Shown one piece after another: positions 40,063 to 48,326 of a DNA stretch of 64,000 bases (positions within the stretch are counted from its first letter, which is position 1; each line of letters opens with the position of its first letter). The notes beneath the pieces were generated by a model. It was not told the DNA's origin and ran no database searches. It worked only from the letters and a program-made list of their open reading frames with translations. The stretch is from Candidatus Rokubacteria bacterium 13_2_20CM_69_15_1 (lineage in GTDB: Bacteria; Methylomirabilota; Methylomirabilia; Rokubacteriales; CSP1-6), in contig MNCR01000141.1 in the NCBI GenBank assembly GCA_001914535.1, positions 10,262 through 74,261 of the forward strand. Direction: 5' to 3'. The position numbers and the translations under genes are program-made.

Positions 40063-40648
40063 TCCGCACGCCGATCCCCTTCTCGCCGGGCCGCTCCCGG
40101 GGCTCGACCAGATAGGTCCGGAGCAGGTTCCTGCCACGATAGAGTCGCGACATCACGGTGCCCACCGGGCGGCTGACGATCGTCGCGATCTCTCGATAGG
40201 AGAGGCCCTCGATGTCGCGGAGCTCGACGATTTCCCTGAGCAGAGGGGGCAGATGGCGGATCGCTTCCCGGACCTGTTCGACCGTCTCGCGACGAAGAAG
40301 GATGTCCTCGGGCGCGAGCGGGATGGAGCAGAGGGGATTATCCAGCGACGCCACCGGTTCGGCTTCCTTCTCATGTTCGAGTGGCTGTTCCGGGGCCTGC
40401 AGCCGCCGTCGCCGTAGCCGATCGATCTGGACGTTTCTCATGATCGTGAAGATCCACGGCCTGAAGCTCTGCGACCGGTCGAACGCCGGGAAGCCCCCGT
40501 ACGCACGCGCCAGACTCTCCTGGAGGAGGTCCTCAGCATCCCGCCGCGCCAGGACGTGGGCGTAGTTGTAGAGGGAATCGAGGTACTGGTGGACCAAATC
40601 CTGGAACTCGGACCTACTATCCACAGATCTCCCCGCGCGCGGGTCCAC
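40049..40648 (-). CDS. ECF (group IV) RNA polymerase sigma factor
   Basis: Region 2 (AEDLLQESLARAYGGFPAFDRSQSFRPWIFTIMRN) and region 4 (LPPLLREIVELRDIEGLSYREIATIV). Start codon uncertain (GTG at 40648). Confidence 0.92.
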   Translation of the reverse strand: MDPRAGRSVDSRSEFQDLVHQYLDSLYNYAHVLARRDAEDLLQESLARAYGGFPAFDRSQSFRPWIFTIMRNVQIDRLRRRRLQAPEQPLEHEKEAEPVASLDNPLCSIPLAPEDILLRRETVEQVREAIRHLPPLLREIVELRDIEGLSYREIATIVSRPVGTVMSRLYRGRNLLRTYLVEPRERPGEKGIGVRNDGL

Positions 40649-40663
40649 GCACCTACTTAGTAC

Positions 40664-40688
40664 TACGTCCTCGGGCGCCGCTTATTCC
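40664..40688 (-). promoter_or_regulatory. ECF-type promoter candidate GGAAT-N16-CGTA upstream of the sigma gene
   Basis: The minus strand reads GGAATAAGCGGCGCCCGAGGACGTA, ending 15 nt before the GTG. This resembles autoregulated ECF promoters. Confidence 0.35.
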
Positions 40689-40801
40689 CTGAACGGCCCA
40701 GTCGCCCGGAGCCGCGGGTCCGCCGGGTCCGTCCGGCGAGTTTGCTCGATTCGGCTCGATCCCGCCCTCGCCCCGTCCAAAGAACCGTGTCGAGTATTCA
40801 C

Positions 40802-40887
40802 TGTTCGAGCGCGGGCTTCGCCCGCGCAGCCGATCCTGGGGGGGGAGGGTTCGGAAGGGGGGAAAAGCCCCCCTCCGAGTGAACTAG
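40802..40887 (-). repeat. Repeat family B copy (double-hairpin element) abutting the htpX stop
   Basis: The reverse complement CTAGTTCACTCGGAGGGGGGCTTTTCCCCCCTTCCGAACCCTCCCCCCCAGGATCGGCTGCGCGGGCGAAGCCCGCGCTCGAACA is ~85% identical to 49472-49556. Its first bases supply the TAG stop of htpX. Confidence 0.75.
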
Positions 40888-41771
40888 ACCCGCATCGCTC
40901 GGAGGCGCGCGATCCGCTCCTCCAGGGGCGGGTGCGTCGAGAAGAGCCGCATCAGCACGTCGCCGCCGAGTGGATTGACGATGAACAGGTGCGCGGTCGA
41001 CGGGTTGACCGCCATCGGCGCGATCTTGTTCGCGCGCTCCAGCTTCTCGAGGGCCTGGGCGAGACCCCACGGCCGGCCCGCAACGCGCGCGCCCGTCGCG
41101 TCGGCCTGGAACTCCCGCGCACGCGATACCGCGAGCTGCACCAGCATCGCGGCCAGAGGCGCGAGCACCGCCATCAGGATCAGCCCGAGCGGGTTGCCAC
41201 CCCGGTTCTCGTCGTCGCTCGAGCGCCCGCCGAACATCGCCGCCCACTGCGCCATGTGGGCCAGGTAGGTGATGGCGCCTGCGAGTGTCGCCGCGATCGT
41301 TGAGATCAGGACGTCACGATTCTTCACGTGCGCGAGCTCGTGCGCGAGCACGCCCTCGAGCTCGTCCTCGTTGAGGAGACGCATGATTCCCTCGGTCACT
41401 GCCACCGCGGCGTGGTGCGGGTCCCGTCCCGTTGCGAACGCGTTGGGCGTCTCCGTCGGGATGAGGTAGACGCGCGGCATCGGGAGTCCGGCGCGCGTCG
41501 TGAGCCGTCGGACGATCGCGTAGAGGCCCGGCGCCCGCGCCTCGTCGATGGGCTGGGCGCCGTAGATGGCGAGCACGATCTTGTCGGAGAACCAGTAGCT
41601 CCCGAGGTTCATGACGAGTGCGAGCACGAACGCCACCAGCATGCCCTGGCGACCCCCGAACGCGCCGCCGAGCAGCACGAGCATGGTTGTGAGGACGGCC
41701 AGGAGCATCGCGGTCTTGAATATGTTCGACATGACGGCTGAGAGGGTAGCAAACGGGTCAAGAGGGGTCAA
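40884..41771 (-). CDS. htpX: Zinc metalloprotease HtpX (M48)
   Basis: [10 protein letters not shown] motif and four TM helices, 295 aa. Confidence 0.93.
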   Translation of the reverse strand: MTPLDPFATLSAVMSNIFKTAMLLAVLTTMLVLLGGAFGGRQGMLVAFVLALVMNLGSYWFSDKIVLAIYGAQPIDEARAPGLYAIVRRLTTRAGLPMPRVYLIPTETPNAFATGRDPHHAAVAVTEGIMRLLNEDELEGVLAHELAHVKNRDVLISTIAATLAGAITYLAHMAQWAAMFGGRSSDDENRGGNPLGLILMAVLAPLAAMLVQLAVSRAREFQADATGARVAGRPWGLAQALEKLERANKIAPMAVNPSTAHLFIVNPLGGDVLMRLFSTHPPLEERIARLRAMRV

Positions 41772-41776
41772 ATACC

Positions 41777-41805
41777 TTGACTTGCCCGATTGCCGCCGAT
41801 ATACT
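41777..41805 (+). promoter_or_regulatory. Sigma70-type promoter TTGACT-17-TATACT for the yceD-rpmF-plsX-fab operon
   Basis: Near-consensus hexamers at 41777-41782 and 41800-41805 with 17-nt spacing, in a locally AT-richer divergent intergenic region. Confidence 0.55.
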
Positions 41806-41851
41806 GAGCCGGTTCACTGAAAAATCTTTAGTTGGCGAAGACTTACAGGTC

Positions 41852-42361
41852 ATGATCATCAAGGTCTCTGACATCCTCGACGAGGGTCTGACGATCGACC
41901 GGGCGACCCTCCCGGACTTCCTGTTCTCGGACGCCGCCTGGCGGCTCGACTCGGTTCGGCTGAGGTTCGAGCGCGACGATCTCGACGTTCTCGTGCAGGG
42001 CGAGATCCGCGCGACCGTCCCCCAGGTGTGCGGGCGCTGCCTCGAGCCGTTCGGTGCGCACGTGACCGCGGGCGTGGACGTGCGGCTCGCTCCGCGCCCA
42101 ACCACCGGAGACAACGTGGAGCTCGCCCCCGACGACCTCGACGTGGCCTTCTATCAGAAGGACGAGATCGACCTCGACGTCCTGATCGAGACAGAGACGA
42201 CGCTGGCGCTCCCCATGAAGCCGCTCTGCCGCGCGGAGTGTCTGGGTCTGTGCCCCGCGTGCGGCGGCAACCGGAACATCGTCGCGTGCGGGTGCCGGGA
42301 CCGCGCGCCCGATCCGCGCCTGGCGGTGCTCCGAGACCTGGCCGCGCGACGCTCACGCTAG
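41852..42361 (+). CDS. yceD: YceD/DUF177 (large-subunit rRNA accumulation) protein
   Basis: Conserved position before rpmF. The C-terminal Cys cluster CRAECLGLCPACGGNRN..CGC is typical of DUF177. Confidence 0.85.
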   Translation: MIIKVSDILDEGLTIDRATLPDFLFSDAAWRLDSVRLRFERDDLDVLVQGEIRATVPQVCGRCLEPFGAHVTAGVDVRLAPRPTTGDNVELAPDDLDVAFYQKDEIDLDVLIETETTLALPMKPLCRAECLGLCPACGGNRNIVACGCRDRAPDPRLAVLRDLAARRSR

Positions 42362-42398
42362 ACGCTGACACCAAACTCTGGAGCCGGGGGACACGCTC

Positions 42399-42581
42399 AT
42401 GCCGCTGCCGAAGCGACGCCACTCGAAGACGCGCGGCCGCAAGCGCCGCACACACTACAAGCTCGCCGCGCCGCCGCGGTCGCTCTGCCCGCAGTGCCGC
42501 GAGGTCAAGCTGCCGCACCGGGTCTGTCCGCACTGCGGCTACTACAAGGGCCGGGAGATCGTCGCCGTCGAAGGGGCCTAG
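42399..42581 (+). CDS. rpmF: 50S ribosomal protein L32
   Basis: [19 protein letters not shown] ... [19 protein letters not shown]. Confidence 0.95.
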   Translation: MPLPKRRHSKTRGRKRRTHYKLAAPPRSLCPQCREVKLPHRVCPHCGYYKGREIVAVEGA

Positions 42582-42677
42582 CGCCGGCCCGATGGGCATC
42601 GCCATACTTTGTTTTCGGTCATCGCCGATGCTCGCGTACAACCGGACGGTGAGACGTCGCCGTCGAAGGGGCCTAGC
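42555..42677 (+). repeat. Direct duplication of the rpmF 3' end (22-nt perfect, ~27-nt with one indel) flanking a 73-nt insert
   Basis: GTCGCCGTCGAAGGGGCCTAGC is at 42561-42582 and again at 42656-42677. Confidence 0.7.
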
Positions 42678-43697
42678 CTGAAGGTCGCCGTCGACGCCAT
42701 GGGAGGCGACCACGGCCCCGCGGTCGTCGTCGAGGGCGCGGTGGCGGCGGTGCGGGAGTTCGGTGCGTCCGTGATTCTGGTCGGCGACCGGGCCGCCGTC
42801 GAGCGCGAGGTGACGCGCCTGGGCGCCCAGAGCCTCGGCCTCGAGATCCGCCACGCCTCCCAGGTCGTGGGGATGGCGGAGAGCCCGTCGCACGCCCTCC
42901 GGCGCAAGCGGGATTCGTCCCTCAAGGTCGCCGCCGAGCTCGTCCGGGAGGGTAAGGCGGCTGCCCTCATCTCCGCGGGGAACACGGGCGCCGCGATGGC
43001 GATCTCGATGTTCGTGATCGGCGTGCTGCCGGGCGTGGACCGGCCCGCCATCGCCGCCGTGCTCCCGAATCTCAAAAAGTTCACGATCCTCCTCGACGCA
43101 GGCGCCAACGTGGACCCCAAGGCGTGGCACCTCGTCCAGTTTGCCGTCATGGGGCACGTCTATGCGCGCGACATCTTTGGCCTCGACAACCCGCGCGTCG
43201 GCCTTCTCTCGGTCGGCGAGGAGGAGGGCAAGGGCAACGAGCTCACCAAAGAGACGTACGAGCAGCTCAAGGCCTCGTCGCTGAACTTCGTGGGAAATGT
43301 CGAGGGCCGCGACATCTACAACGGGAGCTGCGACGTGGTCGTGACCGACGGCTTCACGGGCAACGTCGCGCTCAAGATCTCCGAGAGCCTCGCCGAGATG
43401 CTGACGTTGATGATCAGGGAGGAACTGACGCGCGATACGCGGTCGAAGATCGGTGCCAAGCTCGCGATGCCCGCGTTCGAGCGCTTCCGCCGCCGGATCG
43501 ACTACACGGAGGTGGGTGGCGCGCCGCTGCTCGGCATTGACGGCGCGGCGATCATCTGTCACGGTGCCTCACCGGTGAAGGCGATCAAGAACGCGGTCCG
43601 GGTGGCCCAGGAATGGACGAGCGCCGGCCTCAACGAGCACATCAAGACCGCGATCGAGGCCGAGGTGGCGCGCGCCGGGCAAGGGGGGCGCGAATGA
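42609..43697 (+). CDS. plsX: Phosphate acyltransferase PlsX (start codon uncertain)
   Basis: LKVAVDAMGGDHGP, SAGNTGA and GFTGNVALK. Only a TTG at 42609 precedes the conserved N-terminus in frame. Confidence 0.92.
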   Translation: MFSVIADARVQPDGETSPSKGPSLKVAVDAMGGDHGPAVVVEGAVAAVREFGASVILVGDRAAVEREVTRLGAQSLGLEIRHASQVVGMAESPSHALRRKRDSSLKVAAELVREGKAAALISAGNTGAAMAISMFVIGVLPGVDRPAIAAVLPNLKKFTILLDAGANVDPKAWHLVQFAVMGHVYARDIFGLDNPRVGLLSVGEEEGKGNELTKETYEQLKASSLNFVGNVEGRDIYNGSCDVVVTDGFTGNVALKISESLAEMLTLMIREELTRDTRSKIGAKLAMPAFERFRRRIDYTEVGGAPLLGIDGAAIICHGASPVKAIKNAVRVAQEWTSAGLNEHIKTAIEAEVARAGQGGRE

Positions 43698-44674
43698 CGC
43701 GGGCGAGGATCATCGGCCTCGGGTCGTACGCGCCCAAGCGGATCCTGACCAACGCCGACCTCGAGAAGATGGTGGACACCGACGACGCATGGATCGTCCA
43801 GCGCACCGGCGTCCGCGAGCGCCGGATCGCCGACGAGAGCGAGGCCACGTCGGACCTGGCCCTCAAGGCCGCCCAGCAGGCCCTCGAGCGCGCGAACCTC
43901 GTCCCCGAGGACATCGAGTTCATCGCGGTCGGGACGACGACGCCGGACATGTTCTTCCCGACCGTCGGCAACATCGTCCAGCACCGGCTCGGGTGCGGCC
44001 GCGTCGGCTCCGTGGACCTCCTCGCCGCGTGTGCGGGCTCGATCTACAGCCTCGCGTTCGGCAGCCAGCTCGTCGCGACGGGCAAGTATCGCCGTGTGCT
44101 CTGCATCGGTGCCGAGACGCTCTCGCGGATCACCGACTTCGCCGACCGCGGCACGTGCGTGCTGCTCGCCGACGCCGCCGGCGCGGCGGTGCTCGAGGCG
44201 TACGACGGCGACCGTGGCATCATCGACTTCGACCTCTACTCCGACGGCCAGTACTGGGATCTGCTCTACATGCCGGGCGGCGGGTCGCGCCACCCCGCCA
44301 CACGCGAGACGGTAGACGCGCGCATGCACTACGCGAAGATGAAGGGGAGCGAGGTCTTCAAGGTGGCCGTCCGGATGTTCGCCGAGTGCACGGAGCGGAT
44401 CCTCACCCGGAACGGGGTCACCGCCGCCGACGTGAGCCTGTTCGTCCCGCACCAGGCGAACCTCCGCATCATCGAGGCCGCCGTGAAGCGGGTGGGCCTG
44501 CCGATGGAGCGCGTGTTCGTCAACGTCGACCGCTACGGCAACACCGGTGCGGCGTCCGTCTACGTCGCCCTCGAGGAGGCCGTGGGGTCCGGGCGGGTGA
44601 AGCCGGGTGACCTCGTGCTCCTCGCCGCCTTCGGCGGTGGCTTCGCCTGGGGCACCGCGCTGATCCGCTGGTGA
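43694..44674 (+). CDS. fabH: Beta-ketoacyl-ACP synthase III
   Basis: ACAGSIYSL active-site Cys, HQANLRI and GNTGAAS. ATGA overlap with plsX. Confidence 0.95.
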   Translation: MTRARIIGLGSYAPKRILTNADLEKMVDTDDAWIVQRTGVRERRIADESEATSDLALKAAQQALERANLVPEDIEFIAVGTTTPDMFFPTVGNIVQHRLGCGRVGSVDLLAACAGSIYSLAFGSQLVATGKYRRVLCIGAETLSRITDFADRGTCVLLADAAGAAVLEAYDGDRGIIDFDLYSDGQYWDLLYMPGGGSRHPATRETVDARMHYAKMKGSEVFKVAVRMFAECTERILTRNGVTAADVSLFVPHQANLRIIEAAVKRVGLPMERVFVNVDRYGNTGAASVYVALEEAVGSGRVKPGDLVLLAAFGGGFAWGTALIRW

Positions 44675-45612
44675 CGTTGGTCGCGTTCCTCTTCCCCGGC
44701 CAGGGCTCGCAGGCGGTCGGGATGGGCAAGGAGTTCCACGCGACCTCCGCGCGCGCCAAGGCGGTCTTCGAGGAGGCGAACGAGGCGCTCGGCTTCGACC
44801 TGGCCCGACTCATGTTCGAGGGGCCGGAGGCGGAGCTCGCGCTGACCGCCAACACCCAGCCCGCCGTCCTCACCGCGTCCGTCGCCATGGCCGCCGCGTG
44901 CGCCGAGCGAGGGCTCACGCCCGCGCTCGCCGCGGGACACAGCCTGGGGGAATACTCCGCGCTCGTGGTCGCGCGCGCCCTCCGATTCGGCGACGCGGTG
45001 CGCATCGTGCGCAAACGCGGCGAGTTCATGCAGGACGCGGTGCCGGTCGGGACCGGCGCGATGGCGGCGATCATGGGGCTCGACCTGGCCGCGGTCGAGC
45101 AGGTGTGCGCGGAGGCGGCGAAGGGCGAGGTCGTTGGGGTCGCCAACGTGAACTCGGCGCAGCAGATCGTCGTCGCAGGCCACCGCGCCGCGGTGGAGCG
45201 CGCCGTCGCGCTCGCCACCGCCCGGGGCGGTAAGAAGAGCGTCATGCTCCCGGTGAGCGCGCCCTTCCACTGCGCGCTCATGGCGCCGGCCGCCGAGAAG
45301 CTCGCCCGCGAGCTCGGCGGGGTCTCGGTCGCCGATCCCGCGATCCCCGTCGTGCGGAACGTCGATGCGGGCGTCACCCGCACGGCGGCGGAGGTGAAGC
45401 CTTTTCTCCTCAGGCAGGTGGCGAGCCCGGTCCGCTGGGCCGACTGCGTCAAGCGCGTCGCGGCCGAGGGGGCCTCGACCTTTGTCGAGATCGGGCCAGG
45501 GCGCGTGCTGACCGGGCTCCTCAAGCGCACCGTCGACGGCGCCCGGGGACTCTCGGTCGAAGACCCGGCGGGGCTCGAGCGGGCGCTCGCTGCGGTCGAG
45601 GCGCGCGCGTGA
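44671..45612 (+). CDS. fabD: Malonyl-CoA:ACP transacylase
   Basis: [12 protein letters not shown] and [10 protein letters not shown]. Confidence 0.95.
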   Translation: MTLVAFLFPGQGSQAVGMGKEFHATSARAKAVFEEANEALGFDLARLMFEGPEAELALTANTQPAVLTASVAMAAACAERGLTPALAAGHSLGEYSALVVARALRFGDAVRIVRKRGEFMQDAVPVGTGAMAAIMGLDLAAVEQVCAEAAKGEVVGVANVNSAQQIVVAGHRAAVERAVALATARGGKKSVMLPVSAPFHCALMAPAAEKLARELGGVSVADPAIPVVRNVDAGVTRTAAEVKPFLLRQVASPVRWADCVKRVAAEGASTFVEIGPGRVLTGLLKRTVDGARGLSVEDPAGLERALAAVEARA

Positions 45613-46336
45613 GCGTGGCAGCGCAGAAGGGCCCCCTCGACGGCCGCGTGGCGATCGTCACCGGCGGCAGCCGTGGCATCGGCGTCGTGATCGCGGCGTT
45701 GCTGGCCGAAGACGCCGCCGCCGTGGTAGTCTCGGGCCGCGATGCGGCCCGGCTCCAGCGCATCGCGAAGGAACTGGAGGCGCATGGCGGTGCGGTTCCG
45801 AGCGCCTGGTCGACGCAGCCAAGCAGCGGTTCGGCCGCGTCGACATCCTCGTCAACAACGCCGGCGTCATTCGCGACGGTCTCCTCGTCCGTATGAAGGA
45901 CGAGGACTGGGACCATGTCATGGAAGTCAACCTCCGCGGCGCGTTCCTCATGACGCGCGCGGCGACGAAGCTCATGATTCGGCAGAAGAGCGGCGGCCGG
46001 GTCATCAACATCGCGTCGACGTCGGGCGCCATGGGCAATGCGGGGCAGGCGAACTACTCCGCGGCGAAGGCGGGGCTCATCGGGTTCACGAAAGCGGCGG
46101 CGCGCGAGCTGGCGCACTGGTCCATTCTGGTCAACGCCGTCGCGCCGGGGCTGATCGAGACGGACATGACCGCCGCGCTCTCCCCGGAGGCGCGCGAGGC
46201 GCTGCTCGCGCAGGTGCCGCTCAAGCGTGTCGGGACGCCTCGCGAGGTCGCCGAGGTGGTACGATTCCTCGCCGGAGACGGGGCCGCCTACATCACGGGC
46301 CAGGTGTTCCACGTCAACGGCGGGCTGTACATGTAG
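45609..46336 (+). pseudogene. fabG: 3-oxoacyl-ACP reductase FabG interrupted by a frameshift (internal deletion)
   Basis: Frame A (45609-45896) encodes TGGSRGIG...[10 protein letters not shown], then nonsense and a TGA. Frame B carries [22 protein letters not shown]...YSAAKAG...HVNGGLYM to 46336. The 728-nt span is not divisible by 3. Confidence 0.8.
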
Positions 46337-46365
46337 CGCATCCCTAGCGTGGAGGTGACGGGCTC

Positions 46366-46602
46366 ATGGCGAAGTCGGTGGAGGAGAAGGTGAAGGAGAT
46401 CATCGTCGAGCAGCTCGGGGTGGAGGAGGACGACGTCACCCCGAACGCGAAGTTCATCGAGGACCTGGGCGCTGACTCGCTCGACACGGTAGAGCTCGTC
46501 ATGGCTCTCGAGGAGCATTTCGATATCCAGATCCCCGACGAGGATGCCGAGAAGATCGTGACCGTCGGCGACGCGGTCCAGTACATCAAGGACAACTCCT
46601 AG
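46366..46602 (+). CDS. acpP: Acyl carrier protein
   Basis: [18 protein letters not shown] phosphopantetheine site. Confidence 0.95.
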   Translation: MAKSVEEKVKEIIVEQLGVEEDDVTPNAKFIEDLGADSLDTVELVMALEEHFDIQIPDEDAEKIVTVGDAVQYIKDNS

Positions 46603-46605
46603 GCC

Positions 46606-47874
46606 GTGGACGCGCGGCGGGTTGTCGTCACCGGGCTCGGGGCGCTCACGCCGATGGGGAACACCGCGGACGAGTTCTGGTCCGCGCTGAAGCAGGCGCG
46701 CTCGGGTGTCGGCCCGATCACCAAGTTCGACGCGCACGTCAAGAACGCGCAGGGCGAGTTCCTCTACCCGACCCGGATCGCGGCCGAGGTACGGAACTTC
46801 GACCCGCTGAAGTACGTGGACAAGAAGGAGGCGCGGCGCCTCGACCAGTTCCTCCAATACGCGATGGCCTGCAGCGTGATGGCTGTCGAGGACGCCGGGC
46901 TCGACATCGCGAAGGTGAACGGCGATCGCTTCGGCGTGCTGATCGGCTCGGGGATCGGCGGTATCCAGACCCTGCTCTCCAACCACGACACGCTGCGGGA
47001 AAAGGGACCGGACCGCGTGTCGCCCTTCTTCATCCCGATGATGATCGTCAATATGGCGTCGGGGCTTGTGTCCATGCGTTTCGGCGCGAAGGGGCCGAAC
47101 TCGGCGGTCGTGACCGCCTGCGCGACCGGCAACCACGCGATCGGCGACGCGCTCAGGCACATCCAGCGGGGCGACGCGGACGTCATGATCGCGGGCGGCG
47201 CCGAGGCGATCATCATCCCGCTGACGATCGCTGGGTTCTGCGCGATGAAGGCGATGTCCACCCGCAACGGCGAGCCGGGGAAGGCGTCGCGGCCCTTCGA
47301 CGCCGGCCGCGACGGCTTCGTCTGCGGCGAGGGCGGGGGCGTGCTCGTGCTCGAGTCGCTCGACCACGCCGTCCGCCGCGACGGGCGGATCTACGCGGAG
47401 ATCATCGGGTATGGACTGACCGGCGACGCGCACCACATGACCGCGCCCGACCCCGAGGGAGACGGGGCGGCACGCGCGATGGCGGCCGCCCTGGCCGACG
47501 CGCGGCTCGGCGCCTCCGACGTCGGGTACATCAACGCGCACGGGACGTCTACGGTGTACAACGACCGGTTCGAGACGCTCGCGATCAAGCGCGTCTTCGG
47601 CGAGCACGCCCGGCGCGTCGCCGTCTCGTCCACGAAGTCCATGACGGGCCATCTCCTGGGCGCCGCCGGCGGCGTCGAGGCGATCGCGACTGTGCTCGCC
47701 CTGCACCACGGCGTCCTGCCGCCGACGATCAACTACGAGACACCGGATCCGGACTGCGACCTCGACTACGTGCCGAATCAGGCGCGCAAGGTGGATGTCG
47801 AGATCGCACTCTCGAACGCGTTTGGCTTCGGCGGCACGAACGCCACGCTCGTCTTCCGCAAGTACCTCAAGTAG
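46606..47874 (+). CDS. fabF: Beta-ketoacyl-ACP synthase II
   Basis: [22 protein letters not shown] and the [16 protein letters not shown] motifs. Confidence 0.95.
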   Translation: MDARRVVVTGLGALTPMGNTADEFWSALKQARSGVGPITKFDAHVKNAQGEFLYPTRIAAEVRNFDPLKYVDKKEARRLDQFLQYAMACSVMAVEDAGLDIAKVNGDRFGVLIGSGIGGIQTLLSNHDTLREKGPDRVSPFFIPMMIVNMASGLVSMRFGAKGPNSAVVTACATGNHAIGDALRHIQRGDADVMIAGGAEAIIIPLTIAGFCAMKAMSTRNGEPGKASRPFDAGRDGFVCGEGGGVLVLESLDHAVRRDGRIYAEIIGYGLTGDAHHMTAPDPEGDGAARAMAAALADARLGASDVGYINAHGTSTVYNDRFETLAIKRVFGEHARRVAVSSTKSMTGHLLGAAGGVEAIATVLALHHGVLPPTINYETPDPDCDLDYVPNQARKVDVEIALSNAFGFGGTNATLVFRKYLK

Positions 47875-48317
47875 TGGATCCCGTCCGCGTGGCGGAGCTC
47901 GAGCGCCGGCTCGGCCACCGCTTCCGCGACCCGGCGCTCCTCGAACGGGCGCTCACTCATGCCTCGTACGCGAACGAGCACCCGTCGACGCGCGACCACG
48001 AGCCGCTCGCGCTGCTCGGCGACGCCGCGCTCGGACTCGTCATCGCGGAGCACCTGCTCGCCGCCGACCCCGACGCGCCCGTCGGCGTGCTGACGCCCCG
48101 CCGCGCCGAGCTCGTGTCGGGCGAGCGCCTCGCGCGCTGGGCGGCCGAGCTCGACCTCGGCGCGATCGTGCGCCTCGGTCGGGGCGAGGCGCAGACAGGC
48201 GGGCGGACACGCGTGTCGATCCTCGCCACGGCGCTCGAGGCGCTCCTCGGCGCGATCTACCTCGAGGGAGGCCTCGAGGCGGTGCGGCGCGTGATCGGCC
48301 GTCTGGCGCTGTGGTAG
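47874..48317 (+). CDS. rnc: RNase III catalytic-domain-only protein (no dsRBD)
   Basis: LGHRFRDPALLERALTHASY, then EPLALLGDAAL (signature region) and ILATALEALLGAIYLEGG. 147 aa. The next gene starts 10 nt later, so there is no room for a dsRBD. Confidence 0.8.
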   Translation: MDPVRVAELERRLGHRFRDPALLERALTHASYANEHPSTRDHEPLALLGDAALGLVIAEHLLAADPDAPVGVLTPRRAELVSGERLARWAAELDLGAIVRLGRGEAQTGGRTRVSILATALEALLGAIYLEGGLEAVRRVIGRLALW

Positions 48318-48326
48318 GCTGAACGC

